The notes: generated from the letters alone by a model not told the origin. 64,000 bases of DNA from Candidatus Aldehydirespiratoraceae bacterium (GCA_965261185.1 CBDHCN010000002.1:1760813-1824812), one strand, 5' to 3'; positions 11,901-21,067 are shown, counted from the first letter of the stretch. Numbers and translations: made by a program.

Positions 11901-12698
11901 TTAGAGCCTGGCGACTTGGGCAAACTCAAGTTCGACGGGGGTTTCGCGGCCAAAGATGTTGACCAGAACCTTGACACGGAGTTGATCTTCGTTGATCTCG
12001 ATGATCTCTCCGGAGAAGTCGGCAAATGGACCTTCCCGAACCCGCACGGTTTCACCCATGCCGTACTCGAACATCGGCTTGGACCTTTTGGTCGCTTCCT
12101 GGGTGAGGTCAGCTTCAATACCGAGAAAGTTCTCCACGTCCTTGCGCCGCATAGGCGATGGTTTGCCACCCTGGTTTACGAAACCGGTGACTCCAGGCGT
12201 GTTGCGAATGACATACCAGGAATCATCGTCGAGTCGGGTGCGGCAGAGCAGGTAGCCGGGGAACAGCTTTTTCTCAGTGATTACCTTTTTGCCGTTCTTG
12301 AACTCGGGAGTCTCACGAGTTGGGATCACAACCTCGTAGATGCGCTCTTCCATGTTCATTGAGGCGATACGGGCTTGAAGATTCTGTTTCACTTTTTTCT
12401 CGTAGCCCGACTGGGTGTGGAGGACGAACCAACGACCTGGACGGTCGTTTGGAGAAACGTAAGGCGCCTCTTCTTCAGCCAAGATGTCATCTTCGCTGAG
12501 AACTTCGGGTTCGCTGGACTCCTCGGATTCCTGCGTTGCCTCCTCGTCAGAGTCGGCCGAATCGGGGCTCTCTTCGGTCTTGACGTCACTGGTTACGGCA
12601 GAAGACTGCGTCACGTTGGCGCCTGTCCAGGCGTTGGCGAGACCTGCTCCTGTTGGTGCTGGGTCGGTTTCTGTTGGGGTTGCGGTTTGGTCAGACAT
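11901..12698 (-). CDS. nusG: Transcription termination/antitermination factor NusG (with acidic N-terminal extension)
   Basis: 265 aa. The NGN domain starts around GRWFVLHTQSGYEKKV and a KOW domain is present (GETVRVREGPFADFSGEIIEI). It lies downstream of secE. Confidence 0.93.
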   Translation of the reverse strand: MSDQTATPTETDPAPTGAGLANAWTGANVTQSSAVTSDVKTEESPDSADSDEEATQESEESSEPEVLSEDDILAEEEAPYVSPNDRPGRWFVLHTQSGYEKKVKQNLQARIASMNMEERIYEVVIPTRETPEFKNGKKVITEKKLFPGYLLCRTRLDDDSWYVIRNTPGVTGFVNQGGKPSPMRRKDVENFLGIEADLTQEATKRSKPMFEYGMGETVRVREGPFADFSGEIIEINEDQLRVKVLVNIFGRETPVELEFAQVARL

Positions 12699-12704
12699 CA
12701 GAAC

Positions 12705-13004
12705 TCAGTTATCGAACAGATCAAGGATAAACACCGAAAACACCCAATCGAGTCCATAGATAATTGAGCCCAGCACAATGATGGTGACGAGAACGACGAT
12801 CGAGTAGTTGACGGTTTCGGATCGAGACGGCCATGCAACCTTGCGGAGTTCGTTGCGTACCTCACGCAGAAACTGGAATAAACCGGTCCGTTCTTGAGGA
12901 GGTCCGGTGCTTGGCTGTTTGCGGCGCGCGCGAATCGGCTCGCCATCGGCATCAACCTCACCTTGCCTTTGCAACATGCGTTTTTGCTGTCGGTTCATCG
13001 ACAT
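12705..13004 (-). CDS. secE: Preprotein translocase subunit SecE
   Basis: The C-terminal part matches SecE: FLREVRNELRKVAWPSRSE followed by one TM helix. I chose the start at ATG 13004 (AAGGAA RBS upstream). The track start at 13055 would abut tRNA-Trp. Confidence 0.8.
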   Translation of the reverse strand: MSMNRQQKRMLQRQGEVDADGEPIRARRKQPSTGPPQERTGLFQFLREVRNELRKVAWPSRSETVNYSIVVLVTIIVLGSIIYGLDWVFSVFILDLFDN

Positions 13005-13056
13005 GAGCGAATTCCTTGGATCTTGACGACGCCGCCAAATTGGCGACAGGGCCACG

Positions 13057-13129
13057 CAGGGGCGGCAGGACTCGAACCTGCAACCGCCGGTTTTGGAGAC
13101 CGGTGCTCTACCAATTGAGCCACGCCCCT
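13057..13129 (-). tRNA. trpT: tRNA-Trp (anticodon CCA)
   Basis: Hand-folded cloverleaf: AGGGGCG/TG/GCTC-AATTGGTA-GAGC/A/CCGGT-CTCCAAA-ACCGG/CGGTT/GCAGG-TTCGAGT-CCTGC/CGCCCCT/G. No encoded CCA. The position upstream of secE is the conserved one. Confidence 0.92.
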
Positions 13130-13190
13130 GAGAACGCGCACCAAGGCTAGCATCCCCTTGGAGATTTTGGCCCTAGTTTCCCGCCGTCGG

Positions 13191-13556
13191 TTAGATTGCC
13201 AGGCGGGTGGCGCGGCGCTGCCGTTTAGCCAACGCGATCACACCCGCAGCCGCCGCGATACCTCCGAGAGTGGCAGCGGCACGGGCCGGGATCCGACGCG
13301 CAGGTGTCTGGTCTAGCTGGTCGAGTAAGTCACAAATCTCGTGTTCCAGGGTGGGGTCGAGATCGATCGGAGCGTTCGCCAGCGTGCGCATCATCCGACG
13401 CAACCGGCGGTAGCTCGCCAATTCGGCTTGGCATCTAAGACACTCGGCTACATGGACCCGAGTCGGCAACGAGAGCAACGACTCGTCTGTAGAGACAAGT
13501 TCGTCAACAAGGTCCCGGCAAGCAGCCTTGGCTGGCAGAATCTTCTCAGATGGCAT
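13191..13556 (-). CDS. Anti-sigma factor, zf-HC2 (ZAS-like) with C-terminal membrane anchor
   Basis: 121 aa with an H-x3-C-x2-C motif (HVAECLRCQ) and a hydrophobic C-terminal segment (AATLGGIAAAAGVIALA). It overlaps the upstream sigma gene by 11 nt. Confidence 0.7.
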   Translation of the reverse strand: MPSEKILPAKAACRDLVDELVSTDESLLSLPTRVHVAECLRCQAELASYRRLRRMMRTLANAPIDLDPTLEHEICDLLDQLDQTPARRIPARAAATLGGIAAAAGVIALAKRQRRATRLAI

Positions 13557-14202
13557 GAGATTCCTCTCCCTGATTGGGGAATACCTGCTCGCGGAGCCGT
13601 CGTCGGGCGCGATGAAGGCGAACTTTCGCGGCGCTCACCGAGATACCCAGTTCCTCGGCGATTGCCTCATGAGGTAGGCCGTACACGTCTCGCAACACAA
13701 CGACAGAGCGCAGACGATGCGGAAGATCCCGAACTGCGACCTCCAGTTCGTCTCGAAGAGCGACGAAATCGCCGCGCAAGGCTGGGTCGTTGTCGGGTCG
13801 GGTCTCGGCTAGGAGCGCTTCGTCAGGCAGTTCGTCATGACGATGCCGGCGTTTCTTGGTGCTCTGGGTGGAGGCACAGTTAGCGACGATTCGATATAGC
13901 CAGGTACTGAAGCGTGCGTCGCCCCGAAAGCGATCAAGCCCTTTGTAAGCCCGAAGGTAAGCGTCTTGGACCACGTCTCGTGCGTCTTCCTCGTTGCCGG
14001 TAAGTCGAAGTGCCAACCCGAAGGCGTCGCCATGGGTGCGGCGCACCAACTCGTCGAACGCTTGGCGTTCGCCAGACTTCGCCCAAGCTACGAGCTCGTC
14101 TGGTTCGGCGGTGCGCATATTGGACCTTGCAGGCTGCGCCGGGTTACGTGACGGATCCGTGACAATTCGCAACTTCGATGAACGCTTAGACTTTTGGCCC
14201 AT
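13546..14202 (-). CDS. ECF-type RNA polymerase sigma-70 family factor
   Basis: Region 2 (DARDVVQDAYLRAYKGLDRFRGDARFSTWLYRIVAN) and region 4 (VVVLRDVYGLPHEAIAEELGISVSAAKVRLHRARRRLRE) are present. The true start may be the internal ATG at 14118. Confidence 0.88.
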   Translation of the reverse strand: MGQKSKRSSKLRIVTDPSRNPAQPARSNMRTAEPDELVAWAKSGERQAFDELVRRTHGDAFGLALRLTGNEEDARDVVQDAYLRAYKGLDRFRGDARFSTWLYRIVANCASTQSTKKRRHRHDELPDEALLAETRPDNDPALRGDFVALRDELEVAVRDLPHRLRSVVVLRDVYGLPHEAIAEELGISVSAAKVRLHRARRRLREQVFPNQGEESHAI

Positions 14203-14223
14203 GGGTGCTCCCTGTGGTGCTTG

Positions 14224-14297
14224 TAGCGACGGACAGATTCGAACTGTCGACCTCTCGATTATGAGTCGAGCGCTCTCACCTACTGAGCTACGTCGCC
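14224..14297 (-). tRNA. metT: tRNA-Met (anticodon CAT, elongator-like)
   Basis: Hand fold: GGCGACG/TA/GCTC-AGTAGGTGA-GAGC/G/CTCGA-CTCATAA-TCGAG/AGGTC/GACAG-TTCGAAT-CTGTC/CGTCGCT/A. The anticodon stem lacks the initiator 3xGC feature. A lysidine-modified tRNA-Ile2 cannot be excluded from sequence alone. Confidence 0.88.
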
Positions 14298-14323
14298 GCC
14301 CCGAAGCGGTGTCCCGCTTCGTG

Positions 14324-14396
14324 AGCTCCCTGTCAGAATCGAACTGACGACCTTCTCCTTACCATGGAGACGCTCTGCCAACTGAGCTAAGGGAGC
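14324..14396 (-). tRNA. thrT: tRNA-Thr (anticodon GGT)
   Basis: Hand fold: GCTCCCT/TA/GCTC-AGTTGGCA-GAGC/G/TCTCC-ATGGTAA-GGAGA/AGGTC/GTCAG-TTCGATT-CTGAC/AGGGAGC/T. Confidence 0.9.
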
Positions 14397-14507
14397 CTGC
14401 TACCCGCGAAGCGTGAAGCGTTGGCAATGATGCCACGGCAAAAGCCCCGCTCCAACTCCTTTCCGTCATAGTATTCCCACCGCTTCGGACCTCGCCCGAC
14501 TTTCACT

Positions 14508-15719
14508 GTGCCAATGGATCCTCCAACACCCGAGTCCAATACTGCCAACCCCCGGCTTCTTCGTCGCGCCTTGCTGGTGAGCTTCGCTCTCTATGTCACC
14601 TTGGGGTTGCCAGATGGCGTGCTTGGTACCGTCTGGCCCAGCTTGCGCGACGATTTTGGGCGGACCGACAGCAGCTTCGGGCTGTTGATCGCGTGCTCAG
14701 CGGTGGGTTACACATGTTCCAGTATCGGCTCTGGCCATCTGACTCAGCGCTACGGCAGCGGGTTGGTTCTGCGAAATGCGTCTTTCGCGGCGATTGCTGG
14801 GTTGGGGCTGCTATCGATTGCGCCTACTTGGTGGACTTCGATGCTTGGCGTGTTGGTTCTGGGGGCTGGATGGGGGCTGTGTGATGCTTCAGTCAATGCT
14901 TGGATGGCGCTGACTCAAGGGCCGCGGCAAATGGGGTTGTTGCACGCTGCTTACGGTGTGGGAGCGCTTTCTGGGCCTTTGTTGGCAACGGCGTTCATTG
15001 CCAACGGTGGATTGTGGAGGGGTCCGTTCATGGTGATCTGCGGACTCGGCGTGGTACTCGTCGCAGTTATTGCCAGTGCCCGGCACGGTTTCGATACAGC
15101 ACCGGTATCAAGCGAGGTTGCGGGCACTCCGGCCCCGACTAGCGGGTCACGGATGCTGCTGGCGCTGTTGATCATGTGGTTCTCGATCTATGTGGGGATT
15201 GAAGTGACCGTGGGCCAGTGGAGCTTCACACTGCTGACCGAGAGTCGCGACTACAGCAATGTGCTCGCTGGGGTATTGGTTGCCGCTTTCTGGGGAGGGT
15301 TGACGCTCGGGCGTTTCCTGCTCGCAGGTTTCGGTGATCGTTTCTCCCCTGAGCGAGTGCTTGCCTCGACGATCGGTACTACCGCTATCGGAGTGGTGTT
15401 CTATTGGGCGGACATTGCATCGCTCGGCGCCTTTGCCCTGCCCTTGATCGGGCTCTCTTTGGCGGCGATGTTCCCTTTGGTGATCGGGCGCACTGCGGTG
15501 TATATCGGCGAGGCACGCGCGGCCCGAGCGGTCGGTTATCAAGTGGCTGCGTCATCGGTTGGGTTTGTGATTTTGCCTGCTTTGGTCGGGGTTTTGGCCG
15601 ACCATCACGGGGTGGCAGTGGCCCTTCCGGTTACCTTCGTAGCGACCTGCACGCTTGGGTTGCTGTGGACGCTCATCCAGGTTCAGTTGTCGCGTGCGAC
15701 GGTTTCGGACTCGGTTTGA
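14508..15719 (+). CDS. MFS transporter
   Basis: 403 aa with about 12 hydrophobic segments and an MFS-like N-terminal loop (GLPDGVLGTVWPSLRDDFG). Its 3' end overlaps the convergent mftF by 37 nt. Confidence 0.8.
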   Translation: MPMDPPTPESNTANPRLLRRALLVSFALYVTLGLPDGVLGTVWPSLRDDFGRTDSSFGLLIACSAVGYTCSSIGSGHLTQRYGSGLVLRNASFAAIAGLGLLSIAPTWWTSMLGVLVLGAGWGLCDASVNAWMALTQGPRQMGLLHAAYGVGALSGPLLATAFIANGGLWRGPFMVICGLGVVLVAVIASARHGFDTAPVSSEVAGTPAPTSGSRMLLALLIMWFSIYVGIEVTVGQWSFTLLTESRDYSNVLAGVLVAAFWGGLTLGRFLLAGFGDRFSPERVLASTIGTTAIGVVFYWADIASLGAFALPLIGLSLAAMFPLVIGRTAVYIGEARAARAVGYQVAASSVGFVILPALVGVLADHHGVAVALPVTFVATCTLGLLWTLIQVQLSRATVSDSV

Positions 15720-17134
15720 GTCTCGATGGTTTGAGTCGACCCTTTGGGGAAATCGGGAGTGAGAGCCGTGAAGTCGCCGGTATCCAGCACGCCTTGCCAA
15801 ATGCCCGCTCCGTAGGCGAGGTCGTCGACGAGCCGCAAGGCGAGTGAGCGAACCACTGGAGCGGGTCGAGCGCCCCGAATCCAATCGAGCAACGATGGAC
15901 CCAGCATTGCGGCCACTATCAGGGGCCGGGTACGGGGGCGGATCAATGCCAACAGGGTTGCGAGCGGCCACCACACCCGTGCCACCGCACGGGCAAGGCC
16001 ATAGCCCGCATGCAGGTGCCCGATCCCGGCTATGCGTATAGTCATGGCCTGCGAGTCGGGTAGTGAATCGAGTTTGCGCTTCAGCGCCGCGGCGGAACCG
16101 ACAGCGACCTCAAGTCCCACGATTGGATGCCCGGCTGCTAGCGCGCCCCAAGCCGTGGCGCTCCATGCAGAACAGCGCACTGGTGCCACGCGTGAACCGT
16201 GTCGCGTACCAAGCTCCGCTGCCGAGGCACCGTATTCTCGCCTTTGATCGACGAGAGCCCTCCAATTTGGCCGGGGTCGGTGCTCGACATCCACCACAGG
16301 GTCGTAGCGAACGATGCCGCCGCTATCAACGAGGCGCCAGATCAGATCTACGTCTTCGCCGGTGCGCATCTCAGCATCGAACCCGCCAACTTCTGAGATG
16401 GCATCGACCCTGGCGACCAATGCCGCCGCTGGCACGTAGGAAACAGGGTTTTTGGGAGCGACCAGAGCCCTCCTGTCACCAAGGTCCAGCGGCGAATGGT
16501 GTTGCTCGTAGCTTTCGAGCAGGCTGTCACCAGGCCGAGAGCGAACCCGCGGGGCAACGGCCACGACACGGCGATCTTCGAAATGCCCTACCAGGTGGTT
16601 GACCCACCCCGGCCACAGTTCCACATCGGTGTCGACGAACGCCACCAAGGCGGTAGTCACCTGTGCCAGTCCCGTGTTGCGGGCTGCGGCGGGACCTTGG
16701 TTGGTGTTGTGGCGGATCAACTGTGCGGTGTGCCGTTCGCACACCGCAGCGATCTCGGCGGAGTTCCGTGAGGCGTCGTCGACTACAACGACGGGTAGAT
16801 CACCGAGAGACTCAAGACAACGGGCGAGCCCCTTGGCGTCGTTGTAGGCGGGGATCACAACCGTCACATCGGGGTCGCTGACCGGATCAACAATGGGATG
16901 CACGATCCCCGCGTCGAGTAGGCGGCGGGCGAGGGCACGGGCTTGAGTGTCGTCATCCAGTGGTGCACCGTCCAGCCAACCTGCCAGGATCCTGGCGCCG
17001 GGATCTGAAAGCCGGATGATGCGCAAGGGCGCGCCTCCGACGAGTAAGCGGCCATGGTCTCGGCGATCCAGTGCGGTGTCTGCGACCAAGCGAATCCCCG
17101 CCGGTGGCAGCGCGTCGTCGGCCGGGGATTCCAC
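15683..17134 (-). CDS. mftF: Mycofactocin system glycosyltransferase (GT2 family)
   Basis: 483 aa. The N-terminal region (LLVGGAPLRIIRLSDPGARIL) is typical of MftF. The GT2 core is present (VTVVIPAYND...VVVVDDAS...FVDTDV) and the C-terminal part is membrane-like. An MFT locus lies in the same window. Confidence 0.8.
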   Translation of the reverse strand: MESPADDALPPAGIRLVADTALDRRDHGRLLVGGAPLRIIRLSDPGARILAGWLDGAPLDDDTQARALARRLLDAGIVHPIVDPVSDPDVTVVIPAYNDAKGLARCLESLGDLPVVVVDDASRNSAEIAAVCERHTAQLIRHNTNQGPAAARNTGLAQVTTALVAFVDTDVELWPGWVNHLVGHFEDRRVVAVAPRVRSRPGDSLLESYEQHHSPLDLGDRRALVAPKNPVSYVPAAALVARVDAISEVGGFDAEMRTGEDVDLIWRLVDSGGIVRYDPVVDVEHRPRPNWRALVDQRREYGASAAELGTRHGSRVAPVRCSAWSATAWGALAAGHPIVGLEVAVGSAAALKRKLDSLPDSQAMTIRIAGIGHLHAGYGLARAVARVWWPLATLLALIRPRTRPLIVAAMLGPSLLDWIRGARPAPVVRSLALRLVDDLAYGAGIWQGVLDTGDFTALTPDFPKGSTQTIETQTESETVARDN

Positions 17135-17188
17135 CTTCGCACCGTAGCGCCCACAAACCCACGGCGCATAGGGGTTTGGCGTCGGGGG

Positions 17189-18040
17189 TCAGGCAAAAAC
17201 TTGGCTGACGGCGGCGGGGATGGCCGCGGGTCCGTTGATGACAGCAAAGCGGGCACCGACCTTGGTTGCGAACTCCTTTGCGTCGTCGGCGTCAGCAGCA
17301 GGGGCGAGCACCGCCAACTCATCAAGACGCCGCGCAACAGCCACGGGATCAGCTCCGGTGGTTGCCCGACAATCTGACAACAAAATCACAACCCGGCGTT
17401 TGGCTCGTGAACGATCAAGTTGATCAGCCGCAGCAGCCAAGGCTCCGGCTAGATCGGTGGTCCCCTGACCGCGGAGGCGTAACAAGGAATTGACCACCTG
17501 CGGAGCGGCCTTGGCGTCTTGCTGGGACTTCAGAACGAGGATTCGGTCAGCAAAAACCAGCGCCGACCAGTCGGCCGGGACCCGGTAGGAACACGCTGCC
17601 GCGGCCACGGCCGCGGTTGCTAGACGTTGACCGCTCATCGAACCGCTGCGATCAACAACCAGAGCAAGGGCGGTCATCGGCTTGGTCCAATGCCTGACCC
17701 GCAAATCAGCCATATCGGCGCTGATGCCTCCGGCCTCGGCTGCGACTAGAGCGTCGATCGAGCGGTCGATATCAAGATCTCCGTCGAAACGATCCGCCCC
17801 AGATGAGACCATCCGCCCGACCCCTCGTGCGCCAACCGGCCCACTACGGGCAACATCGAGCACCAAGCGCCCGGCGATGCTTGCTGCCAGCGCGGCCAAG
17901 CGACGATCAGTGGCAGACGACATCTCTGTCAAGAGAGTCAAAGCATGGTCAAGGTCTTGATCGACTAGTTCCGCGAGCGCCTCTTCGTTGATCTCGCCCA
18001 CATCACCGCTGATGTCGGCGAAACCTTGGTAGCGGCTCAA
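17189..18040 (-). CDS. VWA domain-containing protein (CbbO/NorD/ChlD-like partner of the MoxR ATPase)
   Basis: 283 aa with a MIDAS-type motif VVDRSGSMSG, plus ...GTTDLAGAL... and ...VVILLSDCRAT. Confidence 0.8.
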   Translation of the reverse strand: MSRYQGFADISGDVGEINEEALAELVDQDLDHALTLLTEMSSATDRRLAALAASIAGRLVLDVARSGPVGARGVGRMVSSGADRFDGDLDIDRSIDALVAAEAGGISADMADLRVRHWTKPMTALALVVDRSGSMSGQRLATAAVAAAACSYRVPADWSALVFADRILVLKSQQDAKAAPQVVNSLLRLRGQGTTDLAGALAAAADQLDRSRAKRRVVILLSDCRATTGADPVAVARRLDELAVLAPAADADDAKEFATKVGARFAVINGPAAIPAAVSQVFA

Positions 18041-18132
18041 CTGGCCACGTGGAATCGTGCGGCGGTTCTCCTCAGCCAGCGCATCGAGTGCGTCACTGCC
18101 CTCAAGGGTGAGGGGAGTGCCGTGGTTGCCCC

Positions 18133-19071
18133 CTACGGGGCCAGGGCTTTTCCCGGGTCGTGGGTTGCGCTTTCGGACTGCTCAGCGCTGATGATCCGCT
18201 CCCACAGCTCGGTGACGATGTCTTCGGGAGTGCGGTCGGTGCCCTCGTGAAGACGAATGCGCCCGGATATAGCGACCAACGCAGCGTCGAGGCCGACCGA
18301 TGAATCATCAATGTCAGCGGAGCGAATCGTTGCTAGCCGGGTTGCCACCTCAACCAGATCAATGGCCCCGCGTACCGATGAACCGATACGCAGGTCTGGG
18401 TGCCTGCGGGTCGCCCGAGAAATTGCAACCGCACGGTGTAGCAAGGTTTCGCCCGCTCCACCGGGCGCAAGTGGCTTCACGCGTAAGCAGACAATGTCGC
18501 GTTCCTCGTCGAAAGACTGATAACCCAACGAAATCCGAGACATCCTGTCGTAGATGGCGCTCGAGACTCGCGCAGTTCCAATGTTGTCGAACGGGTTCAT
18601 CGCGGCGACCAGACGGAACCCTTCGGCAGCTTGAATCCGGCCGAGCCGAGGCAACGTGAGTTCCCCCTCTGACATCACCGTGATCAGGAGATTGATTGTC
18701 TCCTCCGGCACCCGGTTCAGTTCCTCGACGTAGAGCAATGAGCCGGTTCTCAGAGCCTCCACCAACGGTCCGTCCACAAAGACATGAGGTACGTACCCCT
18801 CCGCCATCACCCTGGATGGGTCGAACTGTCCTGTGAGGCGTGCGGGAGTCAATTCGGCGTTGCCCTCCACGAACACTAAGTCGCTGCCCGCCGTGGCAGC
18901 GACGGTGCGCAGAATCGTGGACTTGCCGGTGCCCGGCGGACCCTCGAACAACACATGACGGTTTGCGCCAAGCGCTGCTACGAGCAACTCAAGCTCACGG
19001 CGGCGACCAACAATCGCGGTACGTAACCCGGCGAGAAACGCGGGATCGTCTAGCATTTTGTCGGGTTTCAT
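18133..19071 (-). CDS. MoxR-class AAA+ ATPase (CbbQ/NorQ/AAA_5-like)
   Basis: 312 aa with Walker A (FEGPPGTGKST), Walker B (LLYVEELNR) and FRLVAAMNP sensor regions. Confidence 0.85.
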   Translation of the reverse strand: MKPDKMLDDPAFLAGLRTAIVGRRRELELLVAALGANRHVLFEGPPGTGKSTILRTVAATAGSDLVFVEGNAELTPARLTGQFDPSRVMAEGYVPHVFVDGPLVEALRTGSLLYVEELNRVPEETINLLITVMSEGELTLPRLGRIQAAEGFRLVAAMNPFDNIGTARVSSAIYDRMSRISLGYQSFDEERDIVCLRVKPLAPGGAGETLLHRAVAISRATRRHPDLRIGSSVRGAIDLVEVATRLATIRSADIDDSSVGLDAALVAISGRIRLHEGTDRTPEDIVTELWERIISAEQSESATHDPGKALAP

Positions 19072-19115
19072 CGTTTGTTGGTTCTGCTTGTTGATTGCTG
19101 TTTGTTGCAGACAGC

Positions 19116-20228
19116 TCAGGCGAAGTTGATGACGCCGCGCACGTTTTTATTGTTGAGCATGTCTTCGTAACCCTCGTTGACTTGATCGAGCGTGTAGGTG
19201 TTGGTGATCATCTCGTCGAGTTTGATCTGACCGGCCTGATACATCGACAAGATATGTGGGATCTCCTGTCGCGGCGAGGTGGAGCCGAATAGGCACCCTC
19301 GGAGCTGCTTGTTCATCATGGCGAACTCGAACAAGTTGAGCTGCACGTCCATCTGCATGGCGGGAGCGACAGCAGTGGCGACGATGGTTCCGCCTTTGCG
19401 GGTGAGGAACTGAGCCGGCGCGATCATGTCGCCGGTGAGAACACCCGGGGTCAAGATGACACTGTCGGCCATGACTCCCAAGGTCATCTGACCAACGAGT
19501 TCGGTTGCTTCTTCCATTGATCCGGCACGATGAGTGGCACCGAACTCCATGGCACTCTCCTGCTTGAACTCTGAGGGATCGACAGCCACCACGTTCTTGG
19601 CTCCCGCGACTGCCGCTCCCTGAATTGCGGCATGACCAAGACCCCCGCAACCGACGATCACCACTGTGTCGCCTGGTTTCACATCGGCCCGGTTCACTGC
19701 CGAGCCATAGCCGGTGGTGACACCGCAGCTGACCAGCGCGGCTGGTCCCGCGGGGATGTCTTTGGCGATCTTTATTGCGGAGTCGACGCTCACCACCATG
19801 TGCTCAGCGAATGTGCCCAGCTTTAGAAAGGCACACAGGTCTTCGCCCGCTGCACTGTGATGACGAAAACCGCCGGCCATCATCTCTGGCTCCATCAGAT
19901 GCATTCCGAGGTCGCACAGGTTTTGCTGACCCGAAGAGCACCAGCGGCATTTGCCGCACGAAGGGATGAACGAACAGGAGATGTGGTCTCCGACTTCGAA
20001 CTCAGTCACACCTGGGCCTGTTGCCAACACCACACCTGCGCCTTCGTGTCCGCCTACGAGAGGCATAGGTGCCGGCATCGTGCCGTCGTGGGCATGTTCG
20101 TCTGAGTGACACATACCTGCGGCGAGAGTCTTGACAAGGATTTCGCCTTCGATCGGATCGTCGAGTTCTATCTCCTCGACGCTCCAAGGGGTGTTGGGTT
20201 CGCGGAGAATGGCAGCCCTAGTCTTCAT
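19116..20228 (-). CDS. Zn-dependent alcohol dehydrogenase, NDMA-dependent/MFT-associated type (Rxyl_3153-like)
   Basis: 370 aa with catalytic Zn ligands (GMCHSDEH), the structural Zn cluster (CGKCRWCSSGQQNLC) and a Rossmann motif (VIVGCGGLGH). It is a paralog of 24224-25363. Confidence 0.88.
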   Translation of the reverse strand: MKTRAAILREPNTPWSVEEIELDDPIEGEILVKTLAAGMCHSDEHAHDGTMPAPMPLVGGHEGAGVVLATGPGVTEFEVGDHISCSFIPSCGKCRWCSSGQQNLCDLGMHLMEPEMMAGGFRHHSAAGEDLCAFLKLGTFAEHMVVSVDSAIKIAKDIPAGPAALVSCGVTTGYGSAVNRADVKPGDTVVIVGCGGLGHAAIQGAAVAGAKNVVAVDPSEFKQESAMEFGATHRAGSMEEATELVGQMTLGVMADSVILTPGVLTGDMIAPAQFLTRKGGTIVATAVAPAMQMDVQLNLFEFAMMNKQLRGCLFGSTSPRQEIPHILSMYQAGQIKLDEMITNTYTLDQVNEGYEDMLNNKNVRGVINFA

Positions 20229-20250
20229 GGTGGTTCCTTTGAGATGGTTT

Positions 20251-20285
20251 CAACGTCGCTGAACGTAGCAGCCGAACGTAGCAGC
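20251..20285. promoter_or_regulatory. Three 13-bp-phased direct repeats (AACGTnGC core) upstream of the ADH operon
   Basis: The sequence is tcAACGTCGCTg AACGTAGCAGCc gAACGTAGCAGCa. The last two 12-mers (20261-20272, 20274-20285) are identical. The repeats lie 25-60 nt upstream of the ATG at 20228. Confidence 0.3.
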
Positions 20286-20324
20286 AACCCCACCGGCCCT
20301 AGTGGGAGTGTCGGGCCATGTGCT

Positions 20325-20741
20325 TCACAGTCTCGGATCGAGCGTTGCCAAGGTTCTTGTCCGCGTTGCCCATTCGGTGATCTTACGGTCGGCGCTGGCA
20401 AGCTGGTATCCGCCGATGATTGCGGTAGCCGTGATGATGCGGTCGGCGGGATCGGAGTGGAAGCCTTGCGTACTCAGTTCCACAGAACGGAGAGCTGTCT
20501 CGTCGTCGACGGGGACGGTTCTCAACCCGTCCGCGACCAGACGTTGACAAAGAGCGCGCGGTGGCAGTTCAAGTTCGATCCGTCCACTCATGTGGAGCAG
20601 GGCGATTTCCCAGAACGTAAATGAAGACACCGCTGCGGAACGTTCCTCCAGCGCAGCTTGGATCGCTTGCCGGGTGCGCGCTCCGAGTTGCGCTGAACCG
20701 GCGATCAGCCACAACAGGACATGGGTGTCGAGAAGGATCAC
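20325..20741 (-). CDS. vapC: Type II toxin, PIN domain (VapC family)
   Basis: 138 aa: MILLDTHVLLWL... with conserved acidic PIN residues. It lies 11 nt downstream of an antitoxin gene. Confidence 0.85.
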   Translation of the reverse strand: MILLDTHVLLWLIAGSAQLGARTRQAIQAALEERSAAVSSFTFWEIALLHMSGRIELELPPRALCQRLVADGLRTVPVDDETALRSVELSTQGFHSDPADRIITATAIIGGYQLASADRKITEWATRTRTLATLDPRL

Positions 20742-20752
20742 TGTCTAGGCGT

Positions 20753-21034
20753 TCAGTCGGGGGAGAGTACCTGATCCGGGTTGCAGAATACTCCCCACTC
20801 TTCGTCCGGAACAGCGGGGTCGAGGATGTCTTTGACGATTTGCACCTGTTCTCGGTACCTTCCCCACATCTCGGGTGTTGGGTCCTCAGCTGCCACTAAT
20901 CTGGACACTGGCTTCCCGTGCTTGGTAATCACGATCTCCATTCCGGTCTCGTTGACTTCGTCCATGAGCGCGAGGCAACGGTTCTTGAATTCACCAGCGG
21001 GTATCGTTCGTTGGCCCTGGTTATTAGTAGGCAT
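20753..21034 (-). CDS. Type II antitoxin, Phd/YefM family
   Basis: 93 aa with a Phd/YefM-like core (FKNRCLALMDEVNETGMEIVITKHGKPVSRLV). Confidence 0.8.
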   Translation of the reverse strand: MPTNNQGQRTIPAGEFKNRCLALMDEVNETGMEIVITKHGKPVSRLVAAEDPTPEMWGRYREQVQIVKDILDPAVPDEEWGVFCNPDQVLSPD

Positions 21035-21067
21035 TCTGGGACCTCCAAGACTCCGTTGCGAACATCA

